Shown: positions 41,613-51,103, numbered from the stretch's first letter. The stretch is DNA of 64,000 nt from Arenicellales bacterium (GCA_965202855.1 CBDBBP010000004.1:1107213-1171212), one strand, 5' to 3'. The notes: generated by a model from the sequence alone, not told the origin. Translations and numbers: made by a program.

Positions 41613-44424
41613 TCGATCTTTGCCTCTTTGAATCTGAAATGGAAACTACTTTGCGAGTTACGGACAGTGCATCGGTAACCAAGCGTTGTTGTTGTACTAA
41701 GTGAACACGATAATTCCCGACTGCAGGTGCAGGAGCTTCATCTCGAGACACGCAAGTGAATTTCTGGTTCTTTCTCAAACAATCGCGAATGAGATGCCAA
41801 ATTTGGTACCAAGCGCCCTGATTCCTCGGTTCTTCCTGGCACCATACGACTTCTTGTGCCTTGGGGTAATTCCTAAGAACGAAATTCAATACATTGACTG
41901 GAAATGGATAAAGCTGTTCAATTCGAATAATAGCAATATTGCGAATATTCAAGTGTTCCCGCATATGATAAAGATCGTAGTAGACTTTACCCGTACACAA
42001 AATAATACGAACGACTTCATCACGTCGAATTGATCGATTAGTTTCGTCTATTACAGTGATAAATCCAGAATCCGACAGATCGCTAATATCCGAAATGGCG
42101 AGCTTGTGTCGCAGCAAGCTTTTTGGTGACAAAACTATCAATGGATGGCGGTATTTTCGCAGAATTTGCCGTCGCAGCAGATGAAACATTTGCGCAGGTG
42201 TTGTCGGAATGCAAACCTGTATATTGTCGCCAGCACATAGCTGCAGAAATCTTTCAAGTCGAGCGGATGAATGTTCCGGTCCCTGTCCTTCGTAACCATG
42301 TGGCAACAGCATTACCAAACCACAGAGCCTCCCCCACTTTACGAAACCACTACTGATGAATTGATCAATGACAATCTGCGCGCCGTTGGAGAAATCACCA
42401 AATTGCGCTTCCCAAATAACAAGTGTTTCGGGATCGGTGGTTGAATAGCCATACTCAAATGCAAGCACTGCTTCTTCGGATAGCAGCGAGTTGTAAACTT
42501 CATAATTGTCCTCAGTACGAATCGATTTCAGAGGACAGTACACACCTCGGCTATTCTGATCGTGCAACAGCGCATGACGATGTGAAAATGTTCCACGACC
42601 AACATCCTGTCCGGTCAAACGAACCTGGTATCCGTCATCAATCAGAGAGGCATAAGCCATCGTTTCCGCAAATCCCCAATCGATCGCTTTTTCCCCCAAT
42701 GACATGCTGGTGCGGTCGGACACAATTTTTTGAACCCGATTGTGCAGTGTGAAATTTTCCGGCAATTCCGTCAGCTGCTTCTGCAGCTTTTCAATTCTCT
42801 CTCGAGAAACGCTTGTGTCGACTGGATCTGTCCATTGTGCAGACATGTATCGATTCCAATCGACAATTTTTTCCATTTTTGCAGGATCAATAATCTGACC
42901 GGCCACGACTTCACCTCGGTCAAGCTCGTCGCGGTAATCCAGAACCATCTTTTGGGCTTCAGTATCGGAAATCACTCCTTTTTGGGCCAAATCCTGCGCA
43001 TACATGCGTCGAATTGGGACGACTTGCTTGATTCGCGAATACATGACGGGCTGTGTCATCATCGGTTCGTCCGCTTCATTGTGACCATATCTTCGATAAC
43101 AGACCATATCGATCACAACATCCGTATGAAATTCCGTTCGGTAGGCATGCGCCAGTCGAGCCACTTTTACCACAGCTTCAGGGTCGTCACCGTTTACGTG
43201 AAATATGGGTGACTGCACCATCTTTGCCACTTCCGTGCAATGAATCGTAGAGCGCGCATCCGCCTTATTGCTGGTGGTAAATCCAATTTGATTGTTGATG
43301 ATGATATGGATGGTGCCACCTACCCCGAATCCTCGAGTATGTGACATGTTAAAGGTTTCCATCACCACGCCTTGACCGGCGAATGCCGCATCTCCATGCA
43401 CGACAATCGGCGTCACTTCTTTCCAGGAATTATCTTCACGACGATGCTGTCGGGCGCGAACCGAACCAACTACGACAGGATTAATGATTGCCAGATGAGA
43501 TGGATTAAATCCCAAGGCAACATGAACAATTCCACCGGAAGTATTGATGTCGGCCGAAAATCCCATGTGATATTTCACATCGCCCTGATCCTTCCAGACA
43601 CCGCTGACTGCCACATTCCCTTCAAATTCACCAAAGACTTCGGCGGGTGATTTACCCAATACGTTAACTAGAACATTGAGCCGGCCGCGATGAGCCATTC
43701 CGATTACGACTTCTTTGCCGCCAGTTTTGCCTGACAGCTCAACCAACTCCGTCAACATAGGAATGAGTGATTCACCGCCTTCCAGTGAAAATCGCTTCTG
43801 ACCGACATATTTCATGTGCAAGTATGTTTCCATACATTCGGCCATTGTCAACGCTCGCAAAATTCGCTTGCGGTCATCATCGGTTACGACTGGGTGCAAA
43901 TTTTCGTTTTCGACTCTGGATAACAGCCATTCCAGACGATCTTGTTCCGAAACATGCATAAATTCGTAACCAATCGAGCTGCAGTACGTCTTATCGTAGA
44001 ACTCCAGGATTTTTCTGAGCTCCATGGACTTCGTGTCTTCAACTGCGTCGATCTTAAAAATTTCATTCAGGTCGCTTTCGACCAAACCAACGGATTCAAG
44101 GCTCAGATCGGTACTGGGTGCGACATCTTCGAGTCCCAGCGGGTCTAGGTTGGCGTTCAAATGCCCATAAACTTGATATTTGCGAACCAAACGCTGAACT
44201 GCGGCCTGACGACGAATACTGTCATGATCCACATACTCGTGCGCATAACCTACTCCAGGCAGAAATGGCTTATGTTCGGTGGTTTCAAAATCCGAAAAGG
44301 TTTCATTCCATTCCTGAGTGACTTTTTCGGGTTCCGAATGATATTGATCATACAGACTTTCGAGATAATCAGCGTTACCTGAAAAGAAAGCGGTTTCTTG
44401 AGTTGGACTTTTTGATGTACTCAT
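41602..44424 (-). CDS. sucA: 2-oxoglutarate dehydrogenase E1 component
   Basis: 940 aa, with SucA size and motifs ([42 protein letters not shown]). Overlaps sucB by 11 nt. Confidence 0.96.
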   Translation of the reverse strand: MSTSKSPTQETAFFSGNADYLESLYDQYHSEPEKVTQEWNETFSDFETTEHKPFLPGVGYAHEYVDHDSIRRQAAVQRLVRKYQVYGHLNANLDPLGLEDVAPSTDLSLESVGLVESDLNEIFKIDAVEDTKSMELRKILEFYDKTYCSSIGYEFMHVSEQDRLEWLLSRVENENLHPVVTDDDRKRILRALTMAECMETYLHMKYVGQKRFSLEGGESLIPMLTELVELSGKTGGKEVVIGMAHRGRLNVLVNVLGKSPAEVFGEFEGNVAVSGVWKDQGDVKYHMGFSADINTSGGIVHVALGFNPSHLAIINPVVVGSVRARQHRREDNSWKEVTPIVVHGDAAFAGQGVVMETFNMSHTRGFGVGGTIHIIINNQIGFTTSNKADARSTIHCTEVAKMVQSPIFHVNGDDPEAVVKVARLAHAYRTEFHTDVVIDMVCYRRYGHNEADEPMMTQPVMYSRIKQVVPIRRMYAQDLAQKGVISDTEAQKMVLDYRDELDRGEVVAGQIIDPAKMEKIVDWNRYMSAQWTDPVDTSVSRERIEKLQKQLTELPENFTLHNRVQKIVSDRTSMSLGEKAIDWGFAETMAYASLIDDGYQVRLTGQDVGRGTFSHRHALLHDQNSRGVYCPLKSIRTEDNYEVYNSLLSEEAVLAFEYGYSTTDPETLVIWEAQFGDFSNGAQIVIDQFISSGFVKWGRLCGLVMLLPHGYEGQGPEHSSARLERFLQLCAGDNIQVCIPTTPAQMFHLLRRQILRKYRHPLIVLSPKSLLRHKLAISDISDLSDSGFITVIDETNRSIRRDEVVRIILCTGKVYYDLYHMREHLNIRNIAIIRIEQLYPFPVNVLNFVLRNYPKAQEVVWCQEEPRNQGAWYQIWHLIRDCLRKNQKFTCVSRDEAPAPAVGNYRVHLVQQQRLVTDALSVTRKVVSISDSKRQRSNVN

Positions 44425-44470
44425 GGAATGAAATTAGTTGGATTAGTCAAAGCTAGAAGATAAATCTAAC

Positions 44471-44509
44471 TCCTAGTCATTTGTATAGAATGACATCAAA
44501 TGACTAGGA
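44471..44509. promoter_or_regulatory. 13-bp perfect inverted repeat upstream of sucA
   Basis: TCCTAGTCATTTG (44471-44483) and CAAATGACTAGGA (44497-44509) are separated by 13 nt. It lies 47-85 nt upstream of the sucA start codon. Confidence 0.4.
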
Positions 44510-44814
44510 TACTGCGAGTGACAAGACTCTACTGAAAACTATCAAATTAAACACAGTTTTCAAAAGAATTGACGATTAATTTATCGGTTTAATTATAAAA
44601 CATTTACAGCATTTAGATTTTATTGATGATGCACGAAATCTTCAAAAATTGAGAATGTTGATTTTACGCTTTGCAGAACATATCGGAGCGTAACATATCG
44701 ACAAATTTTTGCGAGATTAACCGAATATGCCTAAGTTCAAATTACCTGATGGTATTCTGATAAATGCTCACAGTAACGAGAGAGTTGACTCAGTATAAAA
44801 ATAATTATTCAATG

Positions 44815-44878
44815 TCACTTGAAACCAACCACAGCAAGATTCAACTTCACTTGAAACGATTAACAGCAAGCTTCAATA
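44815..44878. repeat. two tandem 32-nt units in the AT-rich spacer region
   Basis: TCACTTGAAACCAACCACAGCAAGATTCAACT is followed by TCACTTGAAACGATTAACAGCAAGCTTCAATA (about 25/32 identical). Confidence 0.5.
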
Positions 44879-45149
44879 GTGTCGCTCGTCGAGAGAAACA
44901 CGAATTTGATTCAATTGCTTCTGCACCCGTTTCATCATGTGATGTGTTTTTAGTCAAAATTAGATAAGAAAATTCGTTTATTAGATTAAATCATGCCAAA
45001 AACTAAATTCACCTAATAAATATTCTCGAATTTCGTCTACTGGCGTGCCACTTATTCAAACTAGCAAGCATGTCCAGAAGAATCTGAGATTCCTAAGAGG
45101 CAAATTACAAAAATAGTACCGAACAACAAACTAGGAGAGATCCAAAAAG

Positions 45150-45395
45150 ATGACCAAAAAAAAGAATATGGCAGCGTTGACTTACCATGAAATGCATACT
45201 GATTCTCCAGACGAGCGAGGATCATTCTGGCGTACTGTACTTGATATACTCAGCAGCGGTGGGGGCGTCAATCCCGATTTCGGTGAAATTCGATATCCGA
45301 AGAATGCACAAAAACAGGATTTAGAGCGAATCGGTCAGGATTTTTCTAGAACACTTAGTAAATTTGACTCTTCAAAATTACATCGAAACGGCTGA
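45150..45395 (+). CDS. hypothetical small protein next to the CRISPR array
   Basis: 81-aa ORF with an AGGAGA 9 nt upstream of the ATG. No motif I recognise. An adjacent +1-frame ORF stays open to 45528. Confidence 0.4.
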   Translation: MTKKKNMAALTYHEMHTDSPDERGSFWRTVLDILSSGGGVNPDFGEIRYPKNAQKQDLERIGQDFSRTLSKFDSSKLHRNG

Positions 45396-45540
45396 GCGCA
45401 ATAAAGCCACTTCTGAGAAAGAATTCACCGAGAAAGAATCCTCTAGATCCGAATCTACTGAGAAAAATTCTTCGACATTTCGTATCGGTTGGGTATTAGA
45501 AGTATTAGTTAATGACCCGAAAGAGACATGATTCCCTTCG

Positions 45541-45557
45541 GTTTAAATTGCTGAAAC
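45541..45557 (+). repeat. internally deleted CRISPR repeat remnant
   Basis: GTTTAAATTGCTGAAAC equals repeat nt 1-14 (2 substitutions) joined to the last 3 nt of the repeat. A 21-nt spacer-like segment follows, then the degenerate first full repeat. Confidence 0.6.
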
Positions 45558-45578
45558 TTATGCTCCCACGCGAAATAA

Positions 45579-48500
45579 GTTTCAGTTACTGAGTAATCAG
45601 GTATATTGGTGAAACTTTTCGAGCCGCGAGCGAACTTGGAATTCGGACAATGTTTCAGTTGCTGAGTAGTCAGGTATATTGGTGAAACTTGAAGGCTATG
45701 AGGGAGAACGACACGCATTCACTGTTTCAGTTGCTGAGTAGTCAGGTATATTGGTGAAACCCCATTACGCTGCCCATCAGCCAAAACCAGATCATGTTTC
45801 AGTTGCTGAGTAGTCAGGTATATTGGTGAAACTTCAAGCGTTACTTGAATTGACGGCTGTCGTAAGTTTCAGTTGCTGAGTAGTCAGGTATATTGGTGAA
45901 ACAAAAGCAAACAACCGGATCAACAAGTCTTATGATTGTTTCAGTTGCTGAGTAGTCAGGTATATTGGTGAAACTGCCCTCCGATCTTGCGTTGCGTCAC
46001 TGCTTCCTGTTTCAGTTGCTGAGTAGTCAGGTATATTGGTGAAACTCAAGTTGATCGTGCGGGTCCGTCAGGAAGTCATTTGTTTCAGTTGCTGAGTAGT
46101 CAGGTATATTGGTGAAACCGCGAAAGGTTCAATCCGTTCCGGCACGTCTCGAGAGTTTCAGTTGCTGAGTAGTCAGGTATATTGGTGAAACTGCCCTCCG
46201 ATCTTGCGTTGCGTCACTGCTTCCTGTTTCAGTTGCTGAGTAGTCAGGTATATTGGTGAAACGTGTCAGACTTATGCGACCGTGATAGAGGCTTAGTTTC
46301 AGTTGCTGAGTAGTCAGGTATATTGGTGAAACCGAAAAAACTGGATGTAAACCTTGTCCATACAGGTTTCAGTTGCTGAGTAGTCAGGTATATTGGTGAA
46401 ACATCAATCCCAGTCGGAACCAAACAAATGTGATACCTGTTTCAGTTGCTGAGTAGTCAGGTATATTGGTGAAACAGCAAAACGATTTGCAGTTGAGCCG
46501 CAAAACGTTCTGTTTCAGTTGCTGAGTAGTCAGGTATATTGGTGAAACTCTGCAAAACTCCAGGTTGCGACAATCATCGGACGTTTCAGTTGCTGAGTAG
46601 TCAGGTATATTGGTGAAACACAGTTGTTCAACGAACACGTAGATATTTTCAAAGAGTTTCAGTTGCTGAGTAGTCAGGTATATTGGTGAAACGCAGATCC
46701 ACGGGATTATCAAGAGTTCGAACTACGAGTTTCAGTTGCTGAGTAGTCAGGTATATTGGTGAAACTGAAGGATGCGTAGCATAGACGCTTCGGTCATTAG
46801 GTTTCAGTTGCTGAGTAGTCAGGTATATTGGTGAAACTTGGCAATCCTCCATTCTCCGACCGAGCAATCACAGGTTTCAGTTGCTGAGTAGTCAGGTATA
46901 TTGGTGAAACTCCGATATCGGCGACCACCTAAACCACATGAAACAGTTTCAGTTGCTGAGTAGTCAGGTATATTGGTGAAACCATGAAGAGGGTAAAACC
47001 TACCGCTTGAGCAAACAGTTTCAGTTGCTGAGTAGTCAGGTATATTGGTGAAACTTGAACCACACACCGAAGCGAGGAACGAATCTTAGTTTCAGTTGCT
47101 GAGTAGTCAGGTATATTGGTGAAACCGAATGGTGCGAGGTGTCTAACTATAGGTATGCGCGTTTCAGTTGCTGAGTAGTCAGGTATATTGGTGAAACTAC
47201 ACGGTGTAGTGCAACCGCTTCGTTCATCCAGTGTTTCAGTTGCTGAGTAGTCAGGTATATTGGTGAAACCTTGATAAATCCCGCTGACGGCTGCGAGTAT
47301 GATCAGTTTCAGTTGCTGAGTAGTCAGGTATATTGGTGAAACCCAAAAAGAGTATTACAAGGTTGACAGTTTAGAGTGTTTCAGTTGCTGAGTAGTCAGG
47401 TATATTGGTGAAACTCAAGCTCAGATGAAACATGAGATTCCTGAGATCAGTTTCAGTTGCTGAGTAGTCAGGTATATTGGTGAAACGGCTCAGATAATAG
47501 TCGGACGTCTGGATCTTAAGGGTTTCAGTTGCTGAGTAGTCAGGTATATTGGTGAAACTGGTTGATCCATTAGATTATGAGTCAGGTGTGATAGTTTCAG
47601 TTGCTGAGTAGTCAGGTATATTGGTGAAACCAAAAGACAACGGTATCCTTGAAGTCATACCCGGCAGTTTCAGTTGCTGAGTAGTCAGGTATATTGGTGA
47701 AACTATTTAACGAATGGCAAATTAGAGAAATATACCAAGTTTCAGTTGCTGAGTAGTCAGGTATATTGGTGAAACGGTGAAATTTTGTCTATCTCAATTC
47801 CGTCTGGCATGTTTCAGTTGCTGAGTAGTCAGGTATATTGGTGAAACCGCACTGTGCCGACATACGGGTGAACTTCCCCTGAGTTTCAGTTGCTGAGTAG
47901 TCAGGTATATTGGTGAAACGATGAATTCGTTGAATAGCGCCAGCGATAAAGAGTGTTTCAGTTGCTGAGTAGTCAGGTATATTGGTGAAACCCAGAGAGT
48001 CGTCAACCGTGTCGTCAGATCTCAGAATGTTTCAGTTGCTGAGTAGTCAGGTATATTGGTGAAACGATTTGAGTGCTATAAGTCATGTGTGCCCTTAGAA
48101 TGTTTCAGTTGCTGAGTAGTCAGGTATATTGGTGAAACGCTGCCATGCTGACCGTCGACGGCGCAGAGGGAGTGGTTTCAGTTGCTGAGTAGTCAGGTAT
48201 ATTGGTGAAACGGTGTTGCGGATGACAATGTTGCAGTATTTCATATGTTTCAGTTGCTGAGTAGTCAGGTATATTGGTGAAACTGCTCAGGTCTTCAAAC
48301 ATGGCTAGGTTGTTATTGGTTTCAGTTGCTGAGTAGTCAGGTATATTGGTGAAACTGGATCGAGACACGTTTGAGCGAATTGTTCTGGAATCGTTTCAGT
48401 TGCTGAGTAGTCAGGTATATTGGTGAAACCGGGAAGGGAGAGCTCATCGAGGCCATGGCCAGGATGTTTCAGTTGCTGAGTAGTCAGGTATATTGGTGAA

Positions 48501-48865
48501 ACCGTTAAATTCTTTAAAATCCCTTTTAGTGTTGAAGTTTCAGTTGCTGAGTAGTCAGGTATATTGGTGAAACTTTGATTATTGGTTCGTCTTCGCGGGA
48601 GAGTGGGCGTTTCAGTTGCTGAGTAGTCAGGTATATTGGTGAAACTAGGATTCGTTCTTGCAGTTCAAACATTTAGCCTCCGAGTTTCAGTTGCTGAGTA
48701 GTCAGGTATATTGGTGAAACGAATTGCTAGGGGTGGAGGAAGCTTGCGACACGTAGTTTCAGTTGCTGAGTAGTCAGGTATATTGGTGAAACGTTGAACA
48801 GGTATATGATAGCGGTGATTTTGGGTATGTTTCAGTTGCTGAGTAGTCAGGTATATTGGTGAAAC
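45579..48865 (+). CRISPR. CRISPR array, 46 repeats / 45 spacers, type II-B
   Basis: The 37-nt repeat is GTTTCAGTTGCTGAGTAGTCAGGTATATTGGTGAAAC. I located 46 copies by hand. The first copy (45579-45615) carries G10A and G18A, and all the others appear identical. Spacers are 33-38 nt. The strand is assigned from the tracrRNA anti-repeat and from the 5' GTTTCAGTTGCTGA shared with the F. novicida crRNA repeat. Confidence 0.98.
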
Positions 48866-48973
48866 TCCATTCGATTTCTGTTTAAGAACAGTAATATATG
48901 GAAAATATGAGGGATAATATTTTCGAAAATGACCTTTCTGTACGAAAATCGACATTTTTTGCGAAAATATCTC

Positions 48974-49002
48974 TTGTGTAAAAGGAATGATTTCAATAAA
49001 AT
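48974..49002 (+). promoter_or_regulatory. sigma-70-type promoter of the tracrRNA
   Basis: -35 TTGTGT (48974-48979), a 17-nt spacer, and -10 TAAAAT (48997-49002). This predicts a start about 7 nt downstream, exactly at the anti-repeat. Confidence 0.6.
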
Positions 49003-49008
49003 TAAGAA

Positions 49009-49134
49009 AACCAATATAGTTGACTACTGATGCACTGTAATCATAAAAAAGTATTTTGATCGGACCTCTGCCTAGCACGTCTGAAATTGATTAGTAAAAT
49101 AGGATATCCACCCTTGGTTGGATATCCTATTTTT
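49009..49134 (+). ncRNA. tracrRNA
   Basis: The anti-repeat AACCAATATAGTTGACTACTGATGCACTG pairs with repeat nt 5-32 (perfect blocks of 9 bp and 8 bp). Downstream, GTAATCATAAAAAAGTATTTTGATCGGACCTCTGCCTAGCACGTCTGAAATTG is near-colinear with the F. novicida tracrRNA/sgRNA scaffold as I recall it. It ends in a 12-bp hairpin plus a T-run. Confidence 0.88.
49099..49134. terminator. bidirectional intrinsic terminator shared by tracrRNA and the convergent cas operon
   Basis: ATAGGATATCCA (49099-49110) / TGGATATCCTAT (49119-49130) with an 8-nt loop. AAAA lies upstream and TTTT downstream. It sits 17 nt past the cas4 stop. Confidence 0.8.
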
Positions 49135-49150
49135 ATGCTTCTCATCTACT

Positions 49151-49759
49151 TTAAAGTCTGTCATTACAAAAGTTAATGTATTCGCAGGAGCAACATTGAA
49201 AGACCGATGCATTGGAGTCAGGTTTCACACCGAGAGTTAGCATTTGTCGTATTGCATCGGCAATTTGTAAGACTTTTTGCCTTCTGTCTGTACTGATTTC
49301 AATGGTGTGCAACATTTTGCCTGCTCCAACAAGAAATCCATACTGGCTTGGTTTCGAAAAATGACTTTCTAACAGCATCGCATATGCAGTCAACTGCATA
49401 ATATCTCCGCGTTTTTTATTGCTCGCCGATATTTTGAACTCGATTGGATAAACGGCTTCATTAGTTTCAATAGCCATGTCAACAATACCGTGAATGCCAT
49501 AAAGATTATCCCGTATAGCGAGTTTGTAGAATTTCTCGCCATCTTTTAATTTAAACCGAGATAGATTGCGGCGCTGCCACAATTTTTCTTCCAACTGATG
49601 AAAATATTCGCCCTGTTTCACCCATAGTGGATAATTAGCAACAATATCTGTTAGTTCAATATAGTAAACAACTCTTGGGCAATAACACCACTGCCGCAAT
49701 AGGTTCGCAGGCACACTAAATGACTTCTGTTTCATTCCAATCTTTAAAGTCTTTAGCAC
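49151..49759 (-). CDS. cas4: CRISPR-associated exonuclease Cas4
   Basis: 202 aa with PD-(D/E)xK core (VDMAIE...PIEFK) and the 1+3 cysteine Fe-S pattern (WCYCPR near the N-terminus; CCSCEYINFC at the C-terminus). Confidence 0.9.
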   Translation of the reverse strand: MLKTLKIGMKQKSFSVPANLLRQWCYCPRVVYYIELTDIVANYPLWVKQGEYFHQLEEKLWQRRNLSRFKLKDGEKFYKLAIRDNLYGIHGIVDMAIETNEAVYPIEFKISASNKKRGDIMQLTAYAMLLESHFSKPSQYGFLVGAGKMLHTIEISTDRRQKVLQIADAIRQMLTLGVKPDSNASVFQCCSCEYINFCNDRL

Positions 49760-50039
49760 TGTATCCGATGAAAAAACTTTTCCCTCTACCGTTAAAATTA
49801 GTTCGAGTAATGAAAACTTTGTCAGTACTCCTAAAGTTAGTCTTCAGGAACCGTTTGATGGCCTCTGTTTCAGCGGTTGTTAAATATCCCCAAAACACGG
49901 ATTTCTGTACGGGTTTTAATCCCAATTTGCTCAGTTCATTGAAGATTTCAGTGCGCAGTTTATTGTTCGAAATATCGTAACTAACAAGATATTCTTGTCG
50001 GAGTGGATGCGTCATTCGATAAGACCGATTCTCTACCAC
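49716..50039 (-). CDS. cas2: CRISPR-associated endoribonuclease Cas2
   Basis: 107 aa. LVSYDISNNKLRTEIFNELSKLGLKPVQKSVFWGYL is the Cas2 ferredoxin-fold N-terminus. Located between cas1 and cas4. Confidence 0.88.
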   Translation of the reverse strand: MVENRSYRMTHPLRQEYLVSYDISNNKLRTEIFNELSKLGLKPVQKSVFWGYLTTAETEAIKRFLKTNFRSTDKVFITRTNFNGRGKSFFIGYSAKDFKDWNETEVI

Positions 50040-50992
50040 TTGAAAAGATATGGCCTGTAAGTTTTCTCTCCGTAAAAATGCCCGCAGAGTCTATAAATCT
50101 GCCTTTGAATAATATGTTCCAGTTTCAGCTTTCTTTTTCTATATAGATAACTTCTCGCACAAGTTCGTTGAACTTCAGATATTAGTGCCTTTTTTAGTTC
50201 CACATCTAAATCTTGCTTCTTTTCAATTCTAGAGCGCAATTTGATAACGACTCTGTCTACTACCCAAGAACGATATTCTTCCATCAGATCCAATACCAAT
50301 GCCATTTTGCCTGGACGTCTGCCATGTAGAATGCCGAGATAAGGTTCCAAGCCAGCATTGATGATCGAACTTAGAATGTAGGCACTTAGCATCGCGTATC
50401 CAAAGTTCAGCATGACATTATTGAGTTCTTGACTTCCGCGCCCTTCGCGTCTGCAGAACGAAGATGAAAATAAGCCGGCATTGCGCAATCCTCCAAAATA
50501 AGCACTCGCACTAGCACCTTCGTACCCTAAAAGGGTTTGAAAGTGACTTGTCTTATTAGCTTGGTTGGCGTAATCCAGTAGTTTTACAGCAGTTGACTGT
50601 AATTCCTCATTCTGATGATATTTACCCAGATGTTTAATTACTGCACGCTGATTCTTTATCTTCGCAACTACGATTTTTTTTGCGAGTGGCAGGGTGTCGC
50701 CTTGACAATATTTCATTTGCGCCATGCGAACGGCAACCACTCCGTGTTGTGATTGCCCTAGAATTGCTGAATGGGCTACACCACGATAATCTAAGAAGAA
50801 TAACTTAATGCCCCGAACACTAAACGCCTCAATTAAATCACTCGAAATACTAATTCCACGTTTTGCTATCGATACGGTACACAGACGATTAAGAGGATAA
50901 TATTTGGTGGCATTACCTCGCTGTTTGACCGCTAAACGATGACGCTCTAATCCAAGAAAAGTGCCGTAATCACATATTACTAGGTGCTTCAC
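50033..50992 (-). CDS. cas1: CRISPR-associated endonuclease Cas1
   Basis: 319 aa. The N-terminal beta domain begins LVICDYGTFLGLERHRLAV. The C-terminal helical domain carries conserved acidic/His residues (LGYEGASASAYF, LGILHGRRPGKMALVLDLMEEYR). Confidence 0.92.
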   Translation of the reverse strand: MKHLVICDYGTFLGLERHRLAVKQRGNATKYYPLNRLCTVSIAKRGISISSDLIEAFSVRGIKLFFLDYRGVAHSAILGQSQHGVVAVRMAQMKYCQGDTLPLAKKIVVAKIKNQRAVIKHLGKYHQNEELQSTAVKLLDYANQANKTSHFQTLLGYEGASASAYFGGLRNAGLFSSSFCRREGRGSQELNNVMLNFGYAMLSAYILSSIINAGLEPYLGILHGRRPGKMALVLDLMEEYRSWVVDRVVIKLRSRIEKKQDLDVELKKALISEVQRTCARSYLYRKRKLKLEHIIQRQIYRLCGHFYGEKTYRPYLFKW

Positions 50993-51103
50993 TGCATTAA
51001 ATTATCCTCTTCGCTTTAGTTCCTCTACTAATTTACGCTTTTCTCTAAACTGCACTCGATATTAAATGCGAAACATTGCATGTACACCAATTCAAAGGAG
51101 TGT

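Noticed and set aside
41701-44382. Numerous 60-160-aa plus-strand ORFs antisense to sucA (and similar ones antisense to coxA, cas9 and pyc)
   Set aside because: They lie entirely within well-supported long genes on the other strand, have odd composition, and show no start context. They are shadow ORFs.
48866-49008. Reading the array on the minus strand with 48866-49008 as a conventional leader/promoter next to cas4
   Set aside because: The anti-repeat at 49009-49037 has its Fn-like scaffold, promoter and terminator on the plus strand. It can only pair with plus-strand repeat RNA. The plus-strand repeat also begins with the GTTTCAGTTGCTGA shared with the F. novicida crRNA. The region may still act as an integration leader (see findings).
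45509-49078. Seven minus-strand ORFs of 69-137 aa inside the CRISPR array (e.g. 46384-46713, 46819-47067, 48120-48368, 48665-49078)
   Set aside because: Their translations are just the 37-nt repeat read in two frames over and over (SPIYLTTQQLK / FTNIPDYSATET). They are artefacts of the array. The last one also runs through the leader-like region and the tracrRNA.
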